From contig CAVZQC010000004.1 in the NCBI GenBank assembly GCA_963777315.1, positions 64,001 through 128,000 on the forward strand: a DNA stretch of 64,000 nucleotides, read 5' to 3'. A model generated the notes under the pieces. That model did not search any database and was not told where the DNA came from. It saw nothing but the letters and a program-made list of their open reading frames with translations. This DNA comes from Vulcanimicrobiota bacterium. Its GTDB lineage: Bacteria > Vulcanimicrobiota > Vulcanimicrobiia > Vulcanimicrobiales > Vulcanimicrobiaceae. This document shows positions 37,927 to 46,736 of the stretch, in pieces (the stretch's first letter is position 1; each line of letters opens with the position of its first letter). The position numbers and the translations under genes are program-made.

Positions 37927-37927
37927 C

Positions 37928-39250
37928 GTGACGACGCAACTGCCCGTGTTCTCGGCGGAAAAGTACGTTGGTGCGATTCAATCCGCCGATTTGGTTCGCC
38001 AAAACGGCAAGGTGCGCCAAGTGATCGGCGTCGTCATCGAAAGCATGGGCCCGAACATGGCTATCGGAGAGACGTGCCACATCCAATACAAGCGTACCGC
38101 CGAGCCGGTCCTGGCCGAGGTCGTGGGTTTCCGGGACAGCAAAGTGCTCATCATGCCGCTTGGCGATCTCATGGGCATCGGCGCGGGAAGCGACGTGGTG
38201 AGCTTGGGCAAGCCGTTGGAAATCGGCGTAACGGACGCACTGCTCGGGCGGGTTTTGGACGGGTTGGGGCACCCGATCGACGGCAAGGGCCGGCTGTTTG
38301 CGGAAAAGCGCGTGCAGATCGTCGCATCCCCGCCGCCCGCGCTCTCTCGTAAACGGATCACCGAGCCGATTTCGCTGGGCATTCGCGCCATCGACGGGCC
38401 GATGACGTGCGGAAAGGGCCAACGCGTAGGCATATTCGCAGGCAGCGGCGTCGGGAAGTCGACCATCCTGGGCATGATCGCGCGCAATACCGCCGCCGAC
38501 GTCAACGTCATCGCGCTGATCGGCGAGCGCGGTAAAGAAGTGCGCGACTTCATCGAGCGCGATCTCGGCGAGGAAGGCTTGCGGCGCAGCATCGTCATCG
38601 TTTCGACCAGCGATCAGCCCGCGCTCGTTCGCATCAAGGCCGCGTTCGTGGCCACCACGATCGCCGAGCACTTTCGCGATCAAGGTCTGGACGTGATGCT
38701 GATGATGGACAGCGTCACGCGTTTTGCCATGGCCCAGCGCGAAGTCGGCTTGGCGATCGGCGAACCTACAACCACTCGCGGCTTCACGCCGTCCGTATTC
38801 GCGCTGCTGCCCAAACTGCTCGAGCGCGCGGGCACGTCGCAGAATGGAACTATTACGGGCCTGTATTCGGTGTTGGTCGACGGCGACGATATGAACGAGC
38901 CCGTTGCCGATGCGGTGCGGTCGATACTCGACGGCCATATCGTGCTTTCGCGCAAGCTTGCGGCGGCCAATCACTATCCCGCAATCGACGTGCTGGGCAG
39001 CGTGAGCCGCGTGATGCCCGACGTCGTCGATCAGAACCACTCGGCGGCGGCTTCGGCGCTGCGTGACGTCTTGGCGACGTATCGCGAAGCCGAGGACTTG
39101 ATCAACATCGGAGCTTACGTGCCGGGCAGTAATCCGCGCGTGGATCTGGCGCTCTCGAAGATCGAGGCGATCCGGCATTTCTTGCGTCAGGGCGTGTACG
39201 AGACCGCCGGCTATGACGAAACGGTCGCACAGCTGGTAAGCGTGGCGTAA
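37928..39250 (+). CDS. fliI: Flagellar export ATPase
   Basis: GSGVGKST, LIGERGKEV, MDSVTRFAMAQRE, YPAIDVL. Confidence 0.97.
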   Translation: MTTQLPVFSAEKYVGAIQSADLVRQNGKVRQVIGVVIESMGPNMAIGETCHIQYKRTAEPVLAEVVGFRDSKVLIMPLGDLMGIGAGSDVVSLGKPLEIGVTDALLGRVLDGLGHPIDGKGRLFAEKRVQIVASPPPALSRKRITEPISLGIRAIDGPMTCGKGQRVGIFAGSGVGKSTILGMIARNTAADVNVIALIGERGKEVRDFIERDLGEEGLRRSIVIVSTSDQPALVRIKAAFVATTIAEHFRDQGLDVMLMMDSVTRFAMAQREVGLAIGEPTTTRGFTPSVFALLPKLLERAGTSQNGTITGLYSVLVDGDDMNEPVADAVRSILDGHIVLSRKLAAANHYPAIDVLGSVSRVMPDVVDQNHSAAASALRDVLATYREAEDLINIGAYVPGSNPRVDLALSKIEAIRHFLRQGVYETAGYDETVAQLVSVA

Positions 39251-39699
39251 TGAAGAAGTTCAGATTCGCCCTTCAGCCGCTGCTTGGCCACCGGGAACGT
39301 TTGGAGGACCGGCAACAGCAGATCCTCGCTGCCCGCCGCAACGAGCTGATCGCGGCGCAAAACGAACTGATGCGCCTCAACGACGAATTCAAACGCTATT
39401 CGGTACTGCTTCGCGAAGGCCACAAAGATTTTACCAGCGAGCAGCTGCGCTGGCATTACGCCCATTTGGAATACCTCGACCGGCGCATAACCATGCAGCA
39501 CGCGCAAGTGGCGCAGCGGCGTGCCGCGGTCGAGCGCGGCCGCGCGGATTTGATGCAAGCCAGCAAAGACCGCCGCGTCATCGAGCAACTCAAGGACAAG
39601 CGCTTTCAAGAACACCGTCTTCTCCAAGCCGCGATCGAGCAAAAGGAATTCGACGACGCAAACAATCGCCGCCCGATGCCGGCCATTACGTCGAGGTAA
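39250..39699 (+). CDS. fliJ: Flagellar export protein
   Basis: MKKFRFALQPLL start, coiled coil, EQKEFDD; follows fliI. Confidence 0.9.
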   Translation: MKKFRFALQPLLGHRERLEDRQQQILAARRNELIAAQNELMRLNDEFKRYSVLLREGHKDFTSEQLRWHYAHLEYLDRRITMQHAQVAQRRAAVERGRADLMQASKDRRVIEQLKDKRFQEHRLLQAAIEQKEFDDANNRRPMPAITSR

Positions 39700-39702
39700 G
39701 CC

Positions 39703-40272
39703 ATGATCGTCACCCGACAACGCAAGAAACGCTTTCGGTGGAAGCGCGCCCTCGTGCCCGCGCTTGCGCTCGCCGCAATCGTCTCGGCTTTGAGCTACGC
39801 GCCCTCCCGCACGTGGATTGCCGCGCGCTCGGGGCTCGTGCCGCTGATGCAGCAACGCGAAATACGCTCGGATCGAGCGCAAATCATTTCGCTGCGCTCG
39901 CAGCTCGCCGCGGCGCGAGCGCAGACTGCGTCCGACGACACCCAGATATCCCAGTTGCAAACCCAGCTCAACGATGCGCAGCAGCAGGCCGCGGTGGTGA
40001 AAGGGGCCGCTAAGCCCGTCACAGCGGCCACGGCGCCGCCGGGTGCGGCGGACCTTGCAACTCAAGGTACGCCGGACATGCGCCGTACCGCGCAAGTGTG
40101 GAGTGCCATGGATTCGGACGCTGCGGCCAAGGTCGTAACGCGCTTGCCGATCGATTACGTCGCGCGCGTCTTTGCGCTCATGACGCCGGATTCGGTCGGG
40201 GCTGTTCTGGAGAATGTACCTGCCGCATATGCGGCGCGTTTGACGCAGGAGCACCCCGAACTGAGCCGCTGA
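39703..40272 (+). CDS. YlxF/MotE-like flagellar protein (TM, coiled coil, MgtE_N-like helices)
   Basis: AQVWSAMDSDAAAKVV; position after fliJ. Confidence 0.7.
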   Translation: MIVTRQRKKRFRWKRALVPALALAAIVSALSYAPSRTWIAARSGLVPLMQQREIRSDRAQIISLRSQLAAARAQTASDDTQISQLQTQLNDAQQQAAVVKGAAKPVTAATAPPGAADLATQGTPDMRRTAQVWSAMDSDAAAKVVTRLPIDYVARVFALMTPDSVGAVLENVPAAYAARLTQEHPELSR

Positions 40273-40313
40273 GAGGGAAGGTATGCGGCATCAGCCGCTA
40301 AACAATTCCGGCG

Positions 40314-40895
40314 ATGAGCGTCGAGGTGGTAACGGAATGGACTACGATCGGTACGCTCGTCGTCATCGGCGCCAGCGCAGTTGCTGCGCTGATCCAACTG
40401 CACCATCTGCGCGCCGGCAACCAACTCGAAGCGCTGCTTTCGCTCGAGCGCGATTTTCGAGCTCCGGAGATGCAGTCCGCCCTGCGGTACATTCAAGAGC
40501 GGCTCTCGCAGCGCATGGAGGATCCGCAATACCGCGCAGAACTGGCCGCGATCGGTTTTATCGAGACGGCCGTCCACCCCGAGCTGATGGTGTGCAATTG
40601 GTTCAACGAGATCGGCGTATTGCTCAAGCATCATCTGGTGTCCGAGGGCACGTTCATGGACTTGTTTGCGCGCCTGATCGTCTTTTGCTGGAAGACCGTC
40701 GCGCCCGCCATCGCCGTGATGAGAAGAACGCGGGGCGATTTTCAGTATCACGATTTCGAATATCTTGCCATACGGGCTCGGGCCTGGCTGGACCGTAACC
40801 CCAAGGGAATTTTTCCAAGCCGAACCGCGCGCACCGCGCTCGAAGATCCCTGGCGCGATGCCGATTACGGCGCCGCTCTGACGAGGAATGCCTGA
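40314..40895 (+). CDS. Hypothetical protein with N-terminal TM (DUF4760-like)
   Basis: ALIQL.HLR, NWFNEIG.L.K, FEYLA pattern. Confidence 0.7.
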   Translation: MSVEVVTEWTTIGTLVVIGASAVAALIQLHHLRAGNQLEALLSLERDFRAPEMQSALRYIQERLSQRMEDPQYRAELAAIGFIETAVHPELMVCNWFNEIGVLLKHHLVSEGTFMDLFARLIVFCWKTVAPAIAVMRRTRGDFQYHDFEYLAIRARAWLDRNPKGIFPSRTARTALEDPWRDADYGAALTRNA

Positions 40896-41377
40896 TGACG
40901 ATCCGCTCGAAGACTCTGCCCGCTTGCCTGGCGGCGATGCTCGCATTGGCGGCGTGCACCCACAACTCGACCAATCCGCCCGCGACGATTTCCAACATCT
41001 CGGGCGATTACACCGGCACGGTACAGGACAGCGTGACCGGCGCGGCAACGGCAACCGCGACGCTGGCGCAGCACGGAGCATCCGCCGGCGGGCCGCTTTC
41101 GATGACGGCCGGCAGCACGACCCTTACCGGCGCGCTGGCGCTGGTGATAACGACGTCCAATTCGCTCAGCGGTACGCTGGTCGAGGATTTGCCCAGCGGG
41201 ACGACGTGCACTTTCAGCACGAGCGGGTCCTACGATACCAGCAATTCGCAGATTACCGGTTCGTACACTGCGATAACGGGATGCACGGGGCAAACCGGAA
41301 CGTACACGCTCGCCCAGCAATGCACCGATACCCCGACCAGCACCGCCCGCCGCACTTTCGGAGTTCCGAAATGTTAG
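40895..41377 (+). CDS. Hypothetical Thr/Ser-rich lipoprotein
   Basis: LAAC lipobox, beta-rich sequence, TGATG coupling. Confidence 0.8.
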   Translation: MTIRSKTLPACLAAMLALAACTHNSTNPPATISNISGDYTGTVQDSVTGAATATATLAQHGASAGGPLSMTAGSTTLTGALALVITTSNSLSGTLVEDLPSGTTCTFSTSGSYDTSNSQITGSYTAITGCTGQTGTYTLAQQCTDTPTSTARRTFGVPKC

Positions 41378-44182
41378 CTACCGCGGGCTCGTCGAAGGTT
41401 CGGCGCTTCGCTGCGTGCGTACGGCCTCTGCGCGCTTGACCGCCTGGGGCTCATCCCAAGCCGCGCCTTCGTCGAACAACCCCGCAAGCGTTTCGCTTGC
41501 GATGCGTTTTCGCAACTCTGCCACGATGTTTTCGCGAGCGACTTGGTCCGAGCGGATGCCCTCCCAGTCGGCTTGCAGCATTCGTGCCCGGCCGTAGCCG
41601 AATAGCCGAGCTGCGTCCGCCGCGTCCTCGGGCAGACCGATCGCAGCGCAGTATGCAATGGCGATTGCCGTAAGCAGCGGATGGCCGGCGTCTACCGCGA
41701 GCTCCAGAGCCTCCGCGATGTACGGCTCCGCCCGTTCGAATTGGCGGCTTGCCAACGCATATCCGGCGATATTGCTGCTCAGGTACATGCGATCTTCGCG
41801 CTCGGCGCAGTCCAACGCTTCCAGCGCCAACTTCGTGGCGCGATCGAAGCACTCTGCCGCCGCTTCGGCTTCCGCCCACCACTGCAGCACCTGGCATGCC
41901 TGCTCGTGATCTCCAAGCGATCGCAGAACGTCCACTGCATCGGCGAATTGGCTTCTGGCTTGTTCGATCTGTGAAGGCGGAAGCGCAAACGCGCAGCGGC
42001 GCAATATCGCCGCCAGCAAGCCTTTGTCGCCGCAAGCGCGAGCTCGTTCGATGGCTTCGGCGGAGTGCTCCTGAGCTTGGTCGTATCGGCGGCTGCGCGC
42101 GTACAGCTGGGCGAGCTGGGAGAGCGCGCGAATCAAGCCGCGCTCGTCGTTGGACTGCCGATACAGATCGACGGCGCGCCGGCATGCCGTGAAGGCCTGC
42201 GAGTACGCACCCTGATTGTTGTACAGCATCGAACGATCGTATTCGAGCCTGGCTCGGACTTCCGGCTGCGCGGTCGCGGCGTTGTCCAACGCTTGCGTGC
42301 ACCATGCCAGGCCTTCGTTCAACAGCGAAAGGCGCATGAAGGCCGGTGCGATATCGCCGGCAATGCGAGCGCCAAGCTCGGGGTCGTGCTTGCACTCCAC
42401 GGTCCAATGGAGCGCCGCGCGAAAGTTGTCTAAATCGGGCAACCAAACCGCGGGCCACCCGCGCGGAGCATACGTGTCGAACTCGGCGTAAGCGGCTTGC
42501 GCGCACTGCGCAAAGAACAGCGCATGGCGTTCGCTCAACCACGGCATTTCGCCGGCTTCATGCAGCCGGCTCTGGGCGTATTCGCGTATGGCGCCGAGCA
42601 TCGCCAAACGCTCGGAGTCGTTCGGCGAGTCCGCGCGCGAGCCGACGAGCTTCTCGCGTGCGTATTCGTGAATCGTTTCGAGTAAGTAGAAGCGCTGACG
42701 CTGGTCCTGCACGTTGGCGACGACCAGCGACTTGTCGACCAAAGAAGACAGCAGATCCAAAATCGTCCATTCGTCGAGCCCATCGTCGCTGCATACCGCA
42801 CCGGCAGCTTCGAGCGCAAACGATCCGCTGAAAATGGAAACTCGGCGAAAGAGCGCCTTTTCTTGGTCCGTTAGAAGTCCGTAACTCCAGTCGATGAGCG
42901 CGCGAAGGGTTTGCTGGCGAGGAAGCGCGGTGCGACTGCCGCCGGTGAGCACGCGAAAACGCTCGCTTAACCGGTTCAAAAGCGTTTCGAGGGTCAGAAT
43001 GCGCATGCGCGCCGCAGCAAGTTCGATCGCCAGCGGAATGCCGTCCAAATGCCGGCAGATCTCTTCGACCGTCGGCGTATTTTCGGCAGTAAGCGCAAAC
43101 TGCGGCAGCGCCAGGGCCGCGCGCTGGGCGAACAAGCGTACGCAGTCCGATGGTTCCAGCGGCGGCAAGCGATAGACGCGTTCTCCCTGGAGGTGCAGCA
43201 CTTCGCGGCTGGTCGCCAGAATCGTGACGTGCGGACAGCACTCTCGGATAGCCGCGATCATCCGCGCGGCTTGCTCGACGAGGTGCTCGCAATTGTCCAA
43301 GATCAGCAGTAGCTCGCGATTTTTCAGATACGTCGTAAGCGTCTGCAGCTCGTCGTTCTCGCCGCCGTGGTGCACCCCCAGAGCCGTCAACACCGTGCTT
43401 ACCAGATGTGCCGGATCCGACAGCGGCGCGAGGTTGACGAACCACATGCCGTCGTCTACGTGATCGATGACGTCCACGGCGCACGCAAGCGCGACCCGAG
43501 TCTTGCCCACGCCTCCCGGTCCCGCGATGGTGACCAGCGTGGACTCGTGCAGCAAAGCCAGGATTTGCGCGATGTCGGCTTGCCGGCCGACGAAGCCGCT
43601 GGTCTGCGCCGGCAAGTTGTTCGGCAGCGCATCGAGCGTGCGCAACGGTCGAAAATGTGCGGGCAGACCCTCTGCGTTCAATTGGTAAACGCGTTCCGGG
43701 TGAGTCAGATCTTTGAGCCGGAACGTTCCCAAAGAGTGCAGCGATGCATGCGGCGGCAAGTGTCCGCCGAGCAGATCGGCGACGACGCCGGAAACGACCA
43801 CTTGGCCACCGTTGGCCGTCGACAACAGACGCGCGACCCGGTTGACGGCCGGGCCGAAATAATCACCGTCGCGTTCGTGCGCGTCCCCGGCATGAATCGC
43901 CATGCGCACTCTCAACCCTTCGACGGCGCTCCAATCTTCCGCAAGCAGCCTGCGCTGGGCCTCGAGCGCCGCGCCGGCGGCGTCGCCGGCGACGTTGAAG
44001 GCAACGCAGAACGCATCTCCGACCGTCTTGAAAATATGACCGCCGTGGGCTTGCATCGCTGCACGAACGACATCGTCGTGCCGGTGGAGCGCGCTTTGCA
44101 TCGCTTGCGGCCGGGCATCCCATCGGGCGGTGCTGCCTTCGATGTCGGAGAAGAGGAAGACGACCGTTCCGGTAGGCCTCAC
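41378..44182 (-). CDS. Class III adenylate/guanylate cyclase - STAND NTPase (NB-ARC-like) - TPR protein
   Basis: FSDIEGST, KTVGDAF, GDYFGPAVNRVARL; GPGGVGKT, LILDNCEH, GIPLAIELAA; helical repeats. Confidence 0.92.
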   Translation of the reverse strand: MRPTGTVVFLFSDIEGSTARWDARPQAMQSALHRHDDVVRAAMQAHGGHIFKTVGDAFCVAFNVAGDAAGAALEAQRRLLAEDWSAVEGLRVRMAIHAGDAHERDGDYFGPAVNRVARLLSTANGGQVVVSGVVADLLGGHLPPHASLHSLGTFRLKDLTHPERVYQLNAEGLPAHFRPLRTLDALPNNLPAQTSGFVGRQADIAQILALLHESTLVTIAGPGGVGKTRVALACAVDVIDHVDDGMWFVNLAPLSDPAHLVSTVLTALGVHHGGENDELQTLTTYLKNRELLLILDNCEHLVEQAARMIAAIRECCPHVTILATSREVLHLQGERVYRLPPLEPSDCVRLFAQRAALALPQFALTAENTPTVEEICRHLDGIPLAIELAAARMRILTLETLLNRLSERFRVLTGGSRTALPRQQTLRALIDWSYGLLTDQEKALFRRVSIFSGSFALEAAGAVCSDDGLDEWTILDLLSSLVDKSLVVANVQDQRQRFYLLETIHEYAREKLVGSRADSPNDSERLAMLGAIREYAQSRLHEAGEMPWLSERHALFFAQCAQAAYAEFDTYAPRGWPAVWLPDLDNFRAALHWTVECKHDPELGARIAGDIAPAFMRLSLLNEGLAWCTQALDNAATAQPEVRARLEYDRSMLYNNQGAYSQAFTACRRAVDLYRQSNDERGLIRALSQLAQLYARSRRYDQAQEHSAEAIERARACGDKGLLAAILRRCAFALPPSQIEQARSQFADAVDVLRSLGDHEQACQVLQWWAEAEAAAECFDRATKLALEALDCAEREDRMYLSSNIAGYALASRQFERAEPYIAEALELAVDAGHPLLTAIAIAYCAAIGLPEDAADAARLFGYGRARMLQADWEGIRSDQVARENIVAELRKRIASETLAGLFDEGAAWDEPQAVKRAEAVRTQRSAEPSTSPR

Positions 44183-44252
44183 ATTGATTCGTTCGCTCTA
44201 CCGGTTGCGCTTACCCCGAGCCTTCCCGCCGCCGCAGCGGCGAAGGAAGGCC

Positions 44253-44280
44253 TAACGTTGCGCTTGCCGCCTGCCGATGA
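44253..44280 (+). promoter_or_regulatory. Putative sigma28 promoter for fliK
   Basis: TAAC-N16-GCCGATGA, 9 nt before ATG 44290. Confidence 0.5.
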
Positions 44281-44289
44281 ACAAAGTAC

Positions 44290-45753
44290 ATGGCATCACA
44301 CGTCCCGTCCATCGGCGCGGCCAAAGCCGCCGGACAAGGCGCGCTTCCAATCGCGCTGCGCGCGCTCCACGGCGTCGGCAACGACCTGAAATTCGCAGTC
44401 AAGCTGGACCGGCATTTGCCCCCTCCCGGCGACGGAAAAGGCGTGCTCGCGCAGATCGCCGGTCTGCTTGGGACCGGTACGCCGATGACCGCGATCGTGG
44501 ACGGCGTCGCGAAAGCGCTTTCCGATGCCTTGGCGCGCGCGGCCGGCAACGGCGGCGATCCTAAGGCGCGAAGCACCCTGCAGCGCTCGCTGGCGGCGGC
44601 GCTGGCCCCTCCGGGCACGAGCCCACCGCACGCAGCCGTTCAGATGCTCGAGCAACGATTGACTCACCTACTGACGACGTTGACGAGCGAACCGGACACC
44701 GCAGGGCAGCAGAACGAATTCTCGGGAAACGTCTTGGACGCCGAATCGGCGAAAGAAGTCCCGGCCCAAAAAAAGAACTCCGCGTCCGGTGCCGCACCGC
44801 AGGACGAGGCGGCTTCGCTCGCTCAGTCGCTGCTGCAAGCGGCCGTTGCCGGAATGTCCGGTCGCAGTGCCGCCGCCGTGTCGCTGCAGCCTAAGTCTGC
44901 CGCCCCGCTGCATTCCGCGAACGCTTCGGCGCCGCAGCCGCAAGCTCGGCCCGATATTCTCGCGCGCATACTCGGACGTGCGGCCAATGCGCAGGCCCAG
45001 CGGGCGACCGGCATCGGCGTGCAGGTGCATATGCCCGTCTCGGGCAGTGCGAACACCGCCACGCCGTCTGCAGTGTTCGAACGGCTGATCGCGATTATCG
45101 CCGAACACGGCGGCGCGCAAAACGACGGCAGCGGCACCCAATCCGGCGGCGGCGACACCCAATCCAACGGCGGCGCGCAAAGCAACTCGGGCGGCAACGG
45201 GCATGCGGCACAAGGCACGTCGTTCACTGCGCAGGCGACGCCGTTGTATTCAACGCAGCCTACGTCCACCGTCGTTGCCGGCGCAGCCGGCCCTGCGGCG
45301 CCGCTTCACGTACCGATCGATTCTCAAGCGGTCATCGAGCAACTCGTCAAAGGCATCGCGATGCGCAGCTCCGGCGGCACATCGCAAGTGCGCATGCGGC
45401 TGCAGCCCGAACATTTGGGCGACGTCTCGCTCAAGCTGACCGTCACCGGCACGACGATAAGCGCAAGCGTCGTCGCGCAAAGCGCCCACGTGCGGGATTT
45501 GCTGCTGGCCAACCAACAGCAGCTCGCGCGTTCGCTCGCCCAAGCGGGTCTTTCGCTTGGCACTTTCTCGGTCGACGTTTCCGGGGGAAACGCCGGCTTC
45601 ACGCATCAGCAATCGAACGACCGCAATGCGCTGGAAAGAACCAACGCACCGGGTTTGACGCTTGCGGATGACGACGAACAATGGGCCGACCCACGCTTTG
45701 GCCCGGCGCTCCTGCCGGCAGCCAAATCGCTCGTGCTCAACTATCTGGTATAG
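44290..45753 (+). CDS. fliK: Flagellar hook-length control protein
   Basis: Low-complexity body, C-terminal MRLQPEHLGDV..L..AGL domain; precedes flgD. Confidence 0.88.
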   Translation: MASHVPSIGAAKAAGQGALPIALRALHGVGNDLKFAVKLDRHLPPPGDGKGVLAQIAGLLGTGTPMTAIVDGVAKALSDALARAAGNGGDPKARSTLQRSLAAALAPPGTSPPHAAVQMLEQRLTHLLTTLTSEPDTAGQQNEFSGNVLDAESAKEVPAQKKNSASGAAPQDEAASLAQSLLQAAVAGMSGRSAAAVSLQPKSAAPLHSANASAPQPQARPDILARILGRAANAQAQRATGIGVQVHMPVSGSANTATPSAVFERLIAIIAEHGGAQNDGSGTQSGGGDTQSNGGAQSNSGGNGHAAQGTSFTAQATPLYSTQPTSTVVAGAAGPAAPLHVPIDSQAVIEQLVKGIAMRSSGGTSQVRMRLQPEHLGDVSLKLTVTGTTISASVVAQSAHVRDLLLANQQQLARSLAQAGLSLGTFSVDVSGGNAGFTHQQSNDRNALERTNAPGLTLADDDEQWADPRFGPALLPAAKSLVLNYLV

Positions 45754-45761
45754 GAGTAACC

Positions 45762-46241
45762 ATGGCAACACCAATCGCACCGGTGCAGGGAGTCACGGCG
45801 AACGCCGGCGCAAGCAGCTCGAGCAATTCCTCGTCCACCGATCCGTCCCAGCAGCTCGGAGCCAATCAATTCCTGCAACTGCTCACGACGGAGCTGAGCA
45901 ATCAGGACCCGCTCAACCCCGTCGACGACACCCAATCCGTCGCGCAGCTCGCACAGTTTTCCGCGCTGCAGGCAACTAATGAACTCAATACGTCGTTTCA
46001 AAACTTCCAGTCGAACTTCGGAGTGATGCAAGCATCCTCGCTGATCGGCAAAACCGTTACGGTCGTAACGCCGGACGCCTCCGGCAACTCGTCCAACGTC
46101 ACGGGAACCGTGAGCACCATCGCGGTGCAAAACGGCCAGCCGTACTTTACGATGACGGGCAGCAACGGCAAGCCGCTGAGTGATTCGAACGGTCAGCCGC
46201 TGCTGTTTGCAACGACCGCGATCGTCGGCATCGGGAGCTGA
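45762..46241 (+). CDS. flgD: Flagellar hook capping protein
   Basis: FLQLLTTELSNQDPLNP, AQLAQFS, LIGKTV; AGGAG RBS. Confidence 0.95.
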   Translation: MATPIAPVQGVTANAGASSSSNSSSTDPSQQLGANQFLQLLTTELSNQDPLNPVDDTQSVAQLAQFSALQATNELNTSFQNFQSNFGVMQASSLIGKTVTVVTPDASGNSSNVTGTVSTIAVQNGQPYFTMTGSNGKPLSDSNGQPLLFATTAIVGIGS

Positions 46242-46242
46242 C

Positions 46243-46647
46243 GTGGATCCCAACGAGATCCGGCCCACCGGCTCACCGGGGATACTTCCCGGACCGGCGC
46301 CGCGTCCGGCCGGTAAACCCGTACAGATCCCGCCTGCATCGGCGCCGAGCTTTCGTTCGGTTCTCGAGCAGCAGCGCACCTCCGCCCAGCCCCTCAAATT
46401 CTCCGCACATGCGATGCAGCGTCTGCAATCCAGAAACATTCACTTGAGCAGCGACGACGTGGATCGCATGAACGTCATGGCCGACAAAGCGGCGGAAAAG
46501 GGTGCCAAACAGTCCCTTTTCATGCTGCGCGACGTCGCTATGGTCGTGAGCATCAAGAATCGCACGGTGATTACCGCCGTCGATCAGGATTCAATGAAAG
46601 AAAACGTCTTTACCAACATAGACAGCGCGGCAGTAATCTCTTCATAA
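46243..46647 (+). CDS. Flagellar operon protein (TIGR02530-like)
   Basis: LKFSAHAMQRLQSRNI, VVSIKNRTVITA, VFTNIDSAV-like C-terminus; between flgD and flgE. Confidence 0.9.
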   Translation: MDPNEIRPTGSPGILPGPAPRPAGKPVQIPPASAPSFRSVLEQQRTSAQPLKFSAHAMQRLQSRNIHLSSDDVDRMNVMADKAAEKGAKQSLFMLRDVAMVVSIKNRTVITAVDQDSMKENVFTNIDSAAVISS

Positions 46648-46655
46648 CTCCAACG

Positions 46656-46713
46656 ACCCCGGACGAGTCTCTCGAGGGGTAGGCTGCGGCGTCGATCGAC
46701 AGACGCGCCGCGG
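46656..46713 (+). ncRNA. Candidate structured two-hairpin leader RNA of flgE
   Basis: ACCCC-GGA-CGAG-tct-CTCG-A-GGGGT and CTGCGG-CGTC-[GATCGACA]-GACG-CG-CCGCGG just before the SD. Confidence 0.5.
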
Positions 46714-46736
46714 AACTGCAAGAAAGGCACAAACGA

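Noticed and set aside
37928..39250. Non-flagellar type III secretion system
   Set aside because: Context includes hook, stator and switch genes; clearly flagellar
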